Assembly: GCA_043228905.1 (NCBI GenBank)
Contig: JBHGNT010000015.1
Location: forward strand, 15,190,001 to 15,254,000
DNA from: Azolla caroliniana
Lineage: Eukaryota; Plantae; Polypodiophyta
DNA length: 64,000 nucleotides
Reading direction: 5' to 3'
Numbering within the stretch: position 1 is the stretch's first letter; every line of letters starts with the position of its first letter. The position numbers and the translations under genes were made by a program. The notes under the pieces were generated by a model. The model was not told the origin of the DNA and searched no databases. It worked only from the letters and a program-made list of their open reading frames with translations. Shown piece by piece: positions 48,501 through 61,400 of the stretch.

Positions 48501-51500
48501 TGGTGTCACCTTGGTGCTACCCCCGGGGCCCGCAGAAAGAAAAAAAAGGGCAAGAGACCTGAGCAAGAGGCCAAGGACACGACATCCAGTGAAAACTCAG
48601 ATCATTCATCCCGATTGGTCGACAGCAAGTATGAAATGAAGAAGGCCCCGGAGGTGACCAAAGGAAAACTCCGTCAATCGAACCGACAAAAGAACCCAAT
48701 AATTAGGTTCGGGTACAATGAGTACATGGTGCACCACTATGCATTCATGATGAAGGTTGCAACAGACCAAGAACCCGAGACTTACAAAGAAGCTGCCCAA
48801 GAACCCCATTGGATCAAGGCAATGAGGGAGGAGATGCGCGCTTTGTTTGACAACGATACTTGGGATTTAGTCCCATCCTCTGAAATGAAAAAAAAGTCAA
48901 TTGGTTGTCGTTGGGTGTTCAAGATAAAGCATAATACGGATGGCACAGTCAATCGGTTCAAGGCTCGGCTAGTCGCCAAAGGGTATGCTCAAACCCATGG
49001 CATAGACTATGAGGAAACATTTGCCCCGGTGGCAAAAATGATCACCATGAGGACAATAATTGCACTCGCAGCAGCGAAAGGGTGGCACTCGCATCAAATG
49101 GATGTGAAGAACGCATTCCTCCTGGCTTCGAATCGAGCAAACATCCACATGCAGTTTGCCGATTGAAGAAGCCGCTCTATGGACTGAAGCAAGCCCCAAG
49201 AGCATGGCATTCAAAGATCACATCATATCTTCACGACATTGGCTTCCGGATGTCAAAATCTGATAACTCGTTGTATATCCGGAACAATCCCAAAAGCCCC
49301 GTCTTCTTAATCTTGTATGTCGATTACCTTGCCATCGGTGGAGAACACCTCACCGAGACACAAAAGATTAAAAAGCTGCTTTTAGAGAAGTTCAAGATGA
49401 AGGATCTGAATGACTTACATTATTTTCTCAGCATCGAGGTCATTCAAACTCCAAAAGGGTTCCTACTCTCACAACGACACTATGTTGAACTTGCTCTACA
49501 AGTTCAGAATGACCGAGTGTAAGTCCATCTCGACACCCCTTGATCGATATATGAAACTAACTGCAGATTCTGGCAAATTCTACGAGCCGACACAGTATCG
49601 CCAAATAATTGGGAGTCTTATCTACTTAACTATCACCCGAATCTATCCGGTCAGGCTTCTTAGCCGGTTCATGCAAACCCCCCGCGACACTCACATGGAT
49701 TGTGCTAAGCGAGTGTTACGTTATGTTAGTGGAACACTTGATTATGGTATCTTCTATAAGCATGGAGTACCACTTCGACTCGAAGACTTCACGAATGCTG
49801 ATTGGGCAGGCAATGCATCTGATAGGTGATCCACTTCGGGATTTATGTTTTCACTCGGTAGTGGAGCAACCTCGTGGAGCAGCAAGAAACAACCAACAGT
49901 GGTTGTATCGAGCACTGAGGCGGAATATAGGGTCGCAATTGTAGCTGCTTGCGAAGCTATATGGCTTAAAAGACTGCTGAAAGACTTCAACAAATTGGTG
50001 AACAAGCCAATACTGATCCACTGCGACAATCTCAGCAGCATCCAACTCGCAAAGAATGCGGTGTTTCACGCCTGGACTAAGCACATCGAGGTGCACTATC
50101 ATTACATCCGTGAGCGCATATTGGACGGCGACATTGACCTCCAATACGTTGGCACCAACGTGCAAGTGGCTAATATGTTCACTAAGGCGCTAGGTCTCAA
50201 CACGGTATAGCAATTCTCAGCGGATCTAGGTCTTAGACCACTTGATATGATGAGCTTGGGGGAGAGTACAAGTACAAAGACGAAGGAAAACATGGAGAAT
50301 CAGCACCATACAAGAGGAAGAGTGAGACCGGCATCAGCAAGTAAGGCCGGCACATCTAATCCGACTTGACCTAAGGAAGACTTTCCAAAGCCCGGAATTT
50401 TTGAAGTTAGAGATAAACCCGACCCTGTCGGCACCCTTGACAAGCTCGAAATTTTGGATCGGCAAGATCGACATTGTTGGATCAAGATTGAGTACATAGG
50501 AACAATGGGAACACCGCGGTCTAGTAGTCCGACCAATTGCAGTCGGGTCTTCAACTACACCAAAACAACCAAGCTTAAGAGGACACACAATTGACCTTGA
50601 GGGGGTGTGTTGAGAATCAAGCTCAACTTGTGTGAACATGTGCTTATAAAAACAAGGACGATGTGTGAAAAAGTGTGTGAGCACACTTTATTGTAATCCG
50701 TTGTCGTGGGGAATTCCGGCTACTAGGAGGAAGGGAGCCGGAGAGCGCGAGAACGGGGGTGTGCACAGATGCACACAAACTTGTCTTTATGTACAAACAT
50801 GTGTAAATAACATAGGACTAGTAAGTATTAGGGAGTAGGGTTTTGATGGGTACTTTAATGTCCCACGCGTATAGAGAAGAAAAGAGTGATAGATAGGAGA
50901 AAATCAAGGAGAGGATCAAGGACAGAAAAGCGGCTGCAATAATAGCTCGATGTAACGGTCTCTCTCTCCTTGAGCTATAAAAGGAGGGAGAAGAGATTGA
51001 AGAAGGGATCGATCGTTTGGGGGGAACGAAGTGCTGCCAGTTTGAGATCCGAGCTCTATCGTTCTTTCCATTTTCCATTCTCTGATTTCGGTTTCTGTCA
51101 TTGTGCTGTGAGGCCTCCGTTTCACGCTGGTAGCCCGTGTGCTCCCGATCGGAAGCTTGCTAGCTTCTGTGTGTGTGTGCGTGTGTAGAGCTCGAAGCAC
51201 TATTGCCAGCCGAGTCCGGTTGTATTTCTATTATTTCAAGCTAATAGATCATTTGGTTGCTATCCAGATCACCTTGTGTCGTTGGGTGTCATTCTCCGTC
51301 TCTGTTTGCACTCCTACCTCTGTTCCCTCCACTTGCATGCTCAGCTGGGACCCCCAGCCCGTGCGCTCATCTCGCGTTAAGCGGTTGTAGTTCCGGAACC
51401 GTGTACACTTTTCCGAACCGCATGCTCATCATCCGGCACCCGGAGACCAGTCTGTAAACCGATCCGATAATCCCTTCCTTACCAGCTCCTTGGTCCGAGA

Positions 51501-51889
51501 CCCCTGTGATCCCACCCCGTTTCAGCACATCCACGCGGAAAACCGCGACACCGTGTAGTTGTCGAGTGTTAATGTGGTCAAAGAATATTAGATATTCTTA
51601 TGACAAAATCGTACTCAAGTGAATATCTTGGTTAGATTCCACCAACACATTTAATATGGCAGTCCCTTGAGGACTTGTATATAAAACCCCCTTTGCCCAT
51701 TATGTTTTGTTGATGATCTTAGTTAATTAACATAGCTCTCTTCAATGCATAAGCTGTCATCCCCCTACTGTGTATTTTCTTATTCTTTTCTGGTTATTCT
51801 CTCTGATTTCTTCTCTTGCTTATACACCCACTCTCTCACACACACTACGCTTTTGAATACTCAACTCTACTAGAACTAGATTCTTTACA
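45506..51889 (+). mobile_element. Copia-3: full-length decayed Ty1/Copia element
   Basis: 5' LTR 45506-45935 (first base T>G); 3' LTR 50608-51889 interrupted; TSD TTTTT; PBS TGGTATCAAAGC 45936-45947; gag-PR-IN-RT-RH with stops; PPT GAGGGGGTG. Confidence 0.93.
50702..51550 (+). mobile_element. Solo LTR (849 bp) of an unrelated family inside the Copia-3 3' LTR
   Basis: TGTCGTGG...CCGCGACA termini; 4-bp TSD CCGT (50698-50701, 51551-51554) confirmed against the empty site in the 5' LTR; CTATAAAA box at about 50975. Confidence 0.88.
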
Positions 51890-53399
51890 TTTTTGTACAA
51901 TACAGCCACTCCTATAGAGCCTCTAGTGCTTCGTGGTATCCATAATAGGGGACAACATAACGACTCCCATCTATATCCTAGCAATGCATTGATGGATCTC
52001 TGTATACATCACAATATCTATGTCCTTAAAGGTATTTTCAGAAAATCCCAACATCTGTCATTAGAGAGTCATGCATAAGGTCTCACAGGCCATAAACCTA
52101 CATGTGACTCTCTTATATGTAATAATTGTGTTACTATCTCTCTATTCTGCATGTTTTCCTGTGATCTATTACTTGAGCTAGAGTGAGTTCACCATTTAAA
52201 TATATCGTTACCCTTGAGTGCCCTTCTCTTGGATAGTTTCTTTTCCATATTCATGAAATGGATAATCAACACTTTAGCTCTAGAATCATCTCTTCCCACC
52301 CTCCATGCTAAAGCAAATAGAATATCTAATGTTGTGATCCTTGTTTCAAGATTCTTGGCATCTTCTTGTAGGCTTCCTTTTTCTGCCCAACTAGCTAATC
52401 ATAAATGCAATGCACAAACTATCCTTTGGGCTTGGTCTTCTATTGTAGCATTCATCATTTCCATCTTTTCTTACCGTTGTTCCGTTTTGCTTTTTACTAC
52501 CTCTATCCAAGGAGCATTTGCTTAAATTTCTTTTTAGCATGCTTGACTTAAGCTTTGGCATGCTTTAGACTTTAATTGCTACTAGGTCATCTTTATTTGA
52601 GGATAAAATATCCTTGAGTTTTTAAGTTTGATTCTTTTTTGAAAATTGTGATGTCTTTTTGTATGGGTTCTAGTAATTCCATCTTCAGAGAGACATGAAA
52701 CTCTATCTTTGTTTCTCTATCTTCTTCTGCATTTCCTCTTTTAAGGCTCCTGCTATGTCCTCTCGTACAATCGACCTCTTGTGTAATAAAATGGAGTAAG
52801 AGATTTATATCGTCGTGGAAATTACATTTTGGGTGCCTGTGCAGCCATCCCCTTCTCTTCAACAGTATCTTCTTGAGGTTCTCCATTGATCTAACCTATC
52901 TTCATAGGTTGAGTTTTATATCATCATTCGATGTCCATTCAAAGTTCACGGTGTTATATTGCTAAGACAGTAGGTACAAGGATTGGATCAGAAAAGGTAC
53001 AAGGTACAAGTAAACCTTACAAAAGAACGCAAAGATTTAGCCAACATTGCAGAAACCCAAAGATTAGGTCAGAGGTTAGATTAAAGATTAGGTTTAGTAA
53101 ACCTTGCAGAAAAACGCAAACTGCAGGACTGTGGAGATTAAGCAAGCATTGCAAAAAATTGCAGAGATTAGGCGACCATTGCAGAAACAAAGAGGCCAGA
53201 AACGTATAGAGAGTAGCTAACATACTTCATGAAAGAACTGGCTAAGAAAGAAAGATATATTTAACTTCTTTTAAAATGGCCTATAAGATCAAACACGAGA
53301 TAACATCTTGTCCATGAGGTGAGGGCCTATGTGCATGGCCAATTGCAATCATTTGGCTGATAGGGATATACCGATTACCAAACTTGCATAAGTGATTTC

Positions 53400-55020
53400 A
53401 TCTACACCAATTCGTACACAAATGCTTGGTGAGTTATAGACTACTCCAAATCTTCATTTTTGAGAAGGATAATCAACTCTGCGATTTTCGATCGGAATTC
53501 CAAGACGTATATTGATATGATACCTCGAAAACCACAGGAATTAAAATGGATAGTCCAGAGTGGCACATAATATGCTTTCTTCCTTCGATGCTCAAAATCT
53601 ATGTATCCGTTTGAAAACCAATAGAACAGTAGCAAATTATTTAAGTGGACTGCAAGCCATGATAAAGTTCAGGCAGGGTTTCATAAAAATCATAGTGAGC
53701 ATTCATTCTTCATAATCATGGCTGTTTAATCGGAGGGCTGAAACCTTAACCTAAACTGCTGTTGTGCAAGAGTTTGCCTCTCAAAACCCTAGCACAATGC
53801 GTCTAGAGACACACAAGACACATCATCATGGGGCACCATAACAACATCTATGAAATTAAGAAAGAACACAAACACAAATGGGGATGAGTGGGTATGACAA
53901 AGAAAATCAATGACGAAACATGAGAGGAGAAGATCTAAATCAAGAGTTGATAATATTATATACATATAAATTCTCATTGCATAAAAGAGGGTTCATAAGA
54001 TTTTACAATAATCCTCTAAGTACAAGAAATAAGAGAACGGAATTGACAAAGAGATGTATCTATGAGAAAGGAGAGGAGATGAACATAGACTAGACCTAAC
54101 AAGACAGAGATCAAAACTCCCTAAACATCAAGAGAGATATTCTAAGGTTCCGTTTTTCTAAAGCAACCCACATTCATATTTATATACAAGAGTGGGTTTC
54201 ATTGTTTGTGCTTGCATGTATCTCACCACGTGTCGCACATGTAACACTTCTGCCACTTTTCTTTGCATGCTACAGATAGGTCTTCCATTTCGGGTACAAA
54301 TACGGTTGAGTCTATCCACGACCTCGTCTGGAAGTTTGTATCATGTCGAGCTAGCTTTCCAACAAGCTATTATTTATCGAAATCCAATATTTCCTTCTTA
54401 ATTTACGGCCAAAACATTGACTGCCTACTGTAAAGGCCCTCTTTGACTGTATCATCCAAATTCACCTTAATTCTTCAAAGCTACCTTCAACCTCTTGACA
54501 CTAAAGCATCCATAACTATGTCTAAAGTGTCATAACCAGCTTGTACGCATATCTTACTTTCTTTTGGCCACATTGTTGAGCACAAGTAATTACAACAAGA
54601 CACCGCGTTGAGGCCATTCATGAGATTCCGCCGTATCCTGGCAGCCTTATCATCAATTAAAGATCCCTACCCAAAGATTCTATATGCTTTTCATTAGGGT
54701 TCCTTGATGGGCGACTTTGGAATGCGTGCTGGAAACCGCTTCATCCCCGCCAAAGCGAAAAGGTTCTGGGGCCATGGTGGGTTTGATTGATGGGCCAATC
54801 TTCTCAACTAGTTTTTTGCATATGAAGCAAACTTTTCATTCACAACGAAGATCGCATGCCCAAGTACAGCAGCTGGGGGGGTTTGCTCTAAAGCCATTCC
54901 TATACCAAAAGAAAGGAGCAAGCCAAGGTTCTCATCACGGGCATCCCAAAGATTGTTATTATACGATAATCCTTGCATCCCTCGTCCGAACCGCAAAGCC
55001 ACCGTTTCCGGATGAATCAT
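53400..55020 (+). mobile_element. Highly decayed LINE RT fragment split by a solo LTR
   Basis: KWTASHDKVQAGFHKNHS resembles RT QAGFR..HST; DFGMRAGNRFIP resembles GVKQGCPLSP after the insertion. Confidence 0.45.
53760..54597 (-). mobile_element. Probable solo LTR (838 bp)
   Basis: TGTTGT...ACAACA termini; minus-strand TATATAAATA at about 54180; flanks do not match (ACTGC vs AGACA). Confidence 0.5.
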
Positions 55021-55308
55021 GCCTGAACATGCTTCATGACAGAACTGACTAAGTAAGAAATATTTAACATCTTTTAAAATGGCCTATATGATAACATCTT
55101 GTCCATGAGGGGAGGACCTATGTGCATGGCCAATTGCTATTGCCCGATCTATTGTAACCACTTTGTTATATATCCTGGTCTGGAGCTCATTCATGTAGCC
55201 CTTAATTGACTTGTAGCATGAGTGGGAGTGTTGGGGCTAGAGAGAGAATATTCCTTAGAGAGAGTACTTGCTTACTCTTATTCAGATGTTGTAGCCCATT
55301 TTCATGTT

Positions 55309-55384
55309 TTACAGAAATTGTCTGTTGTAGAAACTCCAGCCCTTCTCCTTATTTTGTTCTACCTCACATCCATTGTTAATTTTA
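55309..55384 (-). CDS. Alternative candidate terminal exon of the coiled-coil gene
   Basis: TAG acceptor at 55385, phase-2 compatible, gives SKINNGCEVEQNKEKGWSFYNRQFL*; needs a short 66-bp intron. Confidence 0.4.
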
Positions 55385-55450
55385 CTATATTTGATCATAA
55401 ATTAAATATTCAATTGAGTCAACATATCTTAAGCTGGAATGATTGAAAAC

Positions 55451-58400
55451 CTGGAAATTCCCTCCACTTCATAGTCAAGAAGATGAGCATTTGGAGATAA
55501 TACTTCACCATGTGCACTTATCCTATGTGCCTGAGAACAAGGGCAAAATATAACGTTGACAAGATAATATGGAATATCCATCCTTCAGTCTCTCTTATAT
55601 TATACAAATAGATAAATTCCAAACTGGAAACCAAACGCATGGAAAAAGCCAGGTATAAGCAGTTACTAGACTATATTGTATACCTCTGGCAATATTTTAT
55701 CAAAAGCAGTCTTGCATGTTTCAAGTTCACGTCGACTGCTTTCAACCTCGAGTGCAATTTCAGCTGCAATATTCTTTGCGTGCTCTAGTTCCTGTTTTTG
55801 CCTAGCCATATCCTCAGCCTCTAATTCAAGAAAATAGGGAAGTTTATTTAGCTCTTAGTGTAGATTTCCATACAGTTTTTTCAAGAAAACAAATCTGTCA
55901 ACTTCTGACCCATTTGCATACGCAGACCATGTTCAAGTAGCTCTTTTCTAAGAGATGCATCTACATTAGATATTTTTTCTTTCATATGAAGAATAGCTTT
56001 GCGTTCGACTTCAAGGTTTCTCTTTTCCTAAAGAAAAAAATAAGGATTTGCAAATGTTTTAATATAACTGCCCTTTTCTTCAAGAGATTATGAATCTATT
56101 AATTAAAACATTCAAGGAAAGACTTCAGATAATGCTACCGGTTAGTAGATTGTACTGAAACCAGATGATGAAAAAGTGAGCGGGCATGGGGAGCATTCTG
56201 ATATTTCATTCATTATATGCATTCCTGCCAACCTAGGGTGGGTTTCTATTATTTTATACTCCTATACGTCCTATCTTCCCCACACCATATATGAGTTGGC
56301 AGCATGTATCTAACAAATGCTTGGAGGCACATTGTAATTTTGTGTCTCTAGTGATTGACTGCTTTCATTAAGAAGTTAGGCTTGTATGAATCAGCCCCAA
56401 AATACCACTTGGTACGAAGACGGCCCACTATAAGACACTTCTTACACACATCAGAGGATGGATTCATCATCAGTCCACCATATATGGACATACATCTATC
56501 CTATGTGCTGCATAGTGTGATAGGGCAGCTGCGAACTTCATCACATCAGTTATAGATTGAGGTAGGCAGATATACACGACTACCTCTAGAAGAGAGAATT
56601 TGCCAATTGTGCCATCACGGAGTGGAATCCGAAGAACACTATGTTTGTCATTGTAGTGTCTTTTATGAAATCAGAGGGAGATACCATTGCCTCTTTAAAC
56701 AAGGGTTTGGCCCACTACACAAGGTAATGGAATATGAGGACCAACGGTGCCTAGGACTTTTCTTGGTAGAGCTCAAGGGACATCGGAAAAGTTGTTGAAG
56801 AACACAGCCACACAAGTTCATCCACAAAGAACAATCACAACTTTCTTTATCCCCATCACTCCTACTAATGCTACAAGTCAATCACGGGATACACAAATGG
56901 GCTCCTGACCAGGACATAACAAAGGGGTTACAATTGATCGGGCAATAGCAATTTTCTGTGCAAGTAGACCCCAACCCCATGGACCACGACCTCGACACCC
57001 TTGCTATCAACAGATAAAAGCCATTATTTCCCGCCATCGCAGGTGCTTCCCTCACTTCAGAGACATTTCCATTCTGGACCGACCTATGCTAGAGATCTTT
57101 CGAAGACAAAAGATACAATATATCTAACTTGAGAATCTGACACGTGCCGAAAACCAGATTCCCTCTCTTTTTATATTATATAATTTTATATTTACGGAGT
57201 ATTACTTATTTTTTGATTTGTTGTTCTCAAAGACGAGACAACACTTAAGATGTAATCTCTTGTTTGGTCTTATGGGCCATTTTGGTCTCTTAAAAGACGT
57301 TAATATATCTTTCTTTCTTTCTTTATTGAAGGAAAATACCTATAGAAATTTGATATTCATGACATCTCATAGTAGTACCCCTGTAATTCCATTTGAAATT
57401 GTGAGAAGCTTCACAACGGGAATCCCCAAGTTAATGACCATAGCAGCTATTATTGTAGGACTATTGATGGCTACCATCTAGCTATGAATGTCATGTTTGG
57501 GGCTACTGCTGTAACCATATCCAGACCTTAAATTTTTAACATTGAAAACCAACACTCCAGGGACTTCATAGAAAGAAATCTCAGCCTGTGATAACTGCTA
57601 CGTAAATCATGTTAAGTAAAACACGATGGCAAATTATTTATATAGATACCATAGCAGCTATTATTGTACGACTATTGTTGGGAATTCCCTTTGTGGTTAC
57701 CATCTACCTATGAATGTCATGTTTGGGGCTACTGATGTAACTGTATCCAGAATTTAAATTTTTACATTGAAAACCAACACTCCAGGGACTTGATAAAAAG
57801 AACTTCAGCCAGTGATAAATGCTACGTAAATCACGTTAAGTGAGCCACGCTGGCAAAATTATTCATATAGATCAATTGCAAGAAAGCATATCATACATAT
57901 ATGATTTCGTTAACAATCATGTTAAGTGAAACATAGATGTAAACATGATTGTTGCAGATTTCTAGACAACATTGCATATATATTAGAGATCAGACTACCC
58001 TAATGCATACTTGTATGAGATATTGGAATAATGGGTTGCCAGATATCACTACATATATGTTAGAGATTAAACTACTTTAATACCTACCTGACTGATATAT
58101 TAGAATAAAGGGCTGCTGGATATTATTGCTTATATGTTGGAGATCAAACTACTCTAATACGTACTTGTATGATATATTGGAAGTCATCCAAATTTATTCA
58201 TTTTCTTATGCTAATAATTTTCTTAGCTGGAACATGAAATTTTACCTCAAGAAACTTCTCCAACATGGCTTGTCTTTCATCAGAAAATGTGCTGTCTATT
58301 TGATTAACATTTACATGTGAAGTTGGTTTTCCTTCATGTGCCTCCTCGGAAGTTCCCTGAGAAAAATAATGACATTTTAAATCAAAACTAAGAAATTAGG

Positions 58401-61400
58401 CTAATGGTACGTTATGTATACACCCAAGCAAACTCTGTGAAAGAAAGATGCATTAATGTCTTTCTATAGGCTAAAATAGCTTGTGAGATGAAAGGAGAAA
58501 ATGAAATGTTGTCTCACCTTGGGAAACAAACCAAAAAATTAATATAAATATAACTAAACTATTGAATTAGTACTCTGTTACATTGCAGAGTGCACCAAAA
58601 CCTTGAGCAAAGAGGCATGGTATTTCGATACTAAGTTATAGATTATCTCACAATTATCATCAGTAACTTTGGAGATGGTCCCCTTTGAGCAGAGACTATC
58701 TGATGAGGCACAGATGGTTTTTCTATCTTCTCCAAATTTCCATGCACTAGGTCTGTGTGACAAGTGTATCAAACAGCCATAATTTGATCCATGGTTCTTG
58801 AAACTAAAAGTTTGCAATGTGAGAGGAACCGAGGCTGCCATGTGTAAGAACTGTCGTCCTGTGAATGTGACCCCTAAGTACACAGGATCAATACCTAATG
58901 ATGACTCACCTACGTATCCAACGGACCCAAAGCCTCCAGTCTCTGCATGAGCCAAGCACATGGTGCTGTGAAAGCCTCTTTGTGGAAGTTCACATAGCAA
59001 CAATGAATCCTCTTCTTATGGCATTACCTTCTTCGACCATAGATCTCAGAATCAATACGCGGTCCAAGTTGTGGACTGCCTCGTAAAAGCTGCTGGTACT
59101 TCCCCAGTTCCAGTAAAAACTTTGTTAATTCACAGTTGGACATGATCAAAGTGGAAAGCTAATATCATTAAGTTGGATAATGAAGCACATAGATCCACCC
59201 CACAATGCCTCTTGATAGGAAGGTGGTCCAGTATAAGGCCATCCTTTTATACACATTGCAGGATGGGCTTATACTCAAGACCTCTAGTATGGATACGAAT
59301 GTAGTGCAGCTTAGGACCTCTTCACATTACTTGGAGATTGAGACATGTAGCTTTGTCTGCCAAATGTGCCATCAGGATATGTTTTTTATGAAATAAGGGG
59401 GGACACCACTGCCTTTTCGAAGAAACCTTTGTTAATCTCTGCAAGGTAATGGAATACAAAGACCAACAATGTTTTGGATTGTTCTTGCAATAAATTAAGC
59501 AGCATAGGAAGAAGTTGAAGAACTAAATATAACCACAAAAACTCATCAATAAAGTAGTATCACCATTCTTTAGCTCTATCATGGAAGGGTTTCATCAGTT
59601 GAGTTTTGAGAACAAGATTCAAAAGAGATTACAGTAGATTAAGAAATAGTAATTTGTCATGATGCACATAGGCAACTTCGATCTAGAGCACAGCCCCATC
59701 ACACTAGCAAGAAACAAGGCCTTATCACTAGACACCAAAGGTGCTTCCTTAGCTCTAGAGACCTCTCAATCTTAGATTGGCCCATGTTGGAGGTATTTTG
59801 AAGGCTGAAGTTTCACTACATCTAGGCTCAGCTTAATTAATGATATTATCCAGATGAAGTCTAGTTACGAAAATAAAATAAATCTTGTTACTAAAGCTTG
59901 TCTTAGGAGTTTACATGAGGTAACTGAAAGCAATACTTGCTCAATGAAAGCAAAACTGCTGTCTTCTAATCTATCCATCATTGATTGTATCTAAGGTCAA
60001 AACTGAATATGCCTCTCATCTATGAAACAACAAAAGAACTAAAATAAATAAATCTACTTACTAAAGCTTGTATTCAGAGTTGACAAGAGTTACCCAGAAC
60101 AATATTTGCTTAATGAAACCAAAAGTGTTCTCTTCTATGTTACCCATCATAGATGTAGATGGGTTCAATCCAGGTTTACATAGAGGCAACAGATTGGGAA
60201 CGCCTTAATTTTGCAATGGCCTGGGTTTTGTTCTAGGATGGTCAGATTGCATGATATAACATGTTATTGCCTGCTACATTGTACACATTGGATTGCTTCG
60301 ATGGGATTGTAAAAGGAGCTCCTCATGCCCGTACATAGGAAGAGATGTGCGTTGAGGATTGAACGGATTGAAGAGCACCTGAACAGAGATAGCAACAAGC
60401 CCTAAAAAGGCCATATCCTATGAGACCCGTAAAACATTGTGTCCTTATCAATGAAAACAAAGAAACAAATTAAATGACTAATCATCCTACAGCACTGTGG
60501 TACACTTACTGATGTACTTGGCCATTACAAGACTTCACTCGCAAAGCAACATACTCTCAATGAAACTAAGATGGGTGCTATCTGGAACATAAGTTACAAC
60601 CATCACCTGATGCATCGTACAAAAAGCTAAAGAAAGTGATAACCCCAAAGTTGAGGTATAACTAATAGGTTACAAAATATAGAGGGTGAATGCAGGGAGA
60701 AACACCATGATATGGGGTTGAGTCACGTGCATCCTTGTTTCTATCTGATTTAGCCACTATAAGTATGTAATATGCGGAAATAGAATAGGCATGCATTGCC
60801 TCTGATTGACCAAGCTCCCAAAAGGTTTACCACTTTGACAGCCCTAATGTGATCATTTATGCCTAGTTATGTCTAACAAGAACACAATGGCAGGAATTCA
60901 GTCAACAAAACTTTTAGACTGACTGGCTAGGCCTTGTTGTTGATACAGGTGGTATACACCCGCCATTCCAATCAATAATACTAGCCAATATCAATCCGCC
61001 TTCCATGGGAAAAAAACAATCAACAAAACTTCAAAAGTATGCAGATGTGAACTTTTAACATATCATTTTGATTTTGCAATGGGAGCAAACTTGTCAACCT
61101 GAAGTTCTTGCCTTTGATCGCATTGCTCCAGCAATCGCACGTCGTTTTTGTTTTGTAAACCATCTGTGTCCTTTTTGCTGTTCTCCAACATTAGAATGAC
61201 CTTCTCCAGCTGAAGATATAAAATCTCTTACTTGGTAACTAGAAAAGGTTTCATTTCAGTTTTTTACATTTTCTTTTTGTTCTACTACATGCTGGGGAGA
61301 AAGTATATATATATATATTTCTGAACCATGTCATGTTGCATGGGCTTAATTTATTTACCGAAGTCATTTCATGGGCTAAAAATTCATTACATGATTTGAC

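Larger units (their letters stand above)
44715..53215 (-). mobile_element. LINE-D: old RTE-X-like LINE (5'UTR-ORF1-APE-linker) split by Copia-3 (44715-45505, 51895-53215)
   Basis: AWRVGRDDSRAKVLII (ORF1); RGSIGVAVLY|KKELHFRVDI across the Copia insertion (APE); LHKAVTNAFPHT..QNNW aligns with LINE-A LHSVAINSFPYT..QNKW. Confidence 0.7.

Noticed and set aside
53524-53598. 75-bp AG/GT-bounded minus-strand exon
   Set aside because: Has a stop in the required phase, and the plus strand resembles decayed LINE RT.
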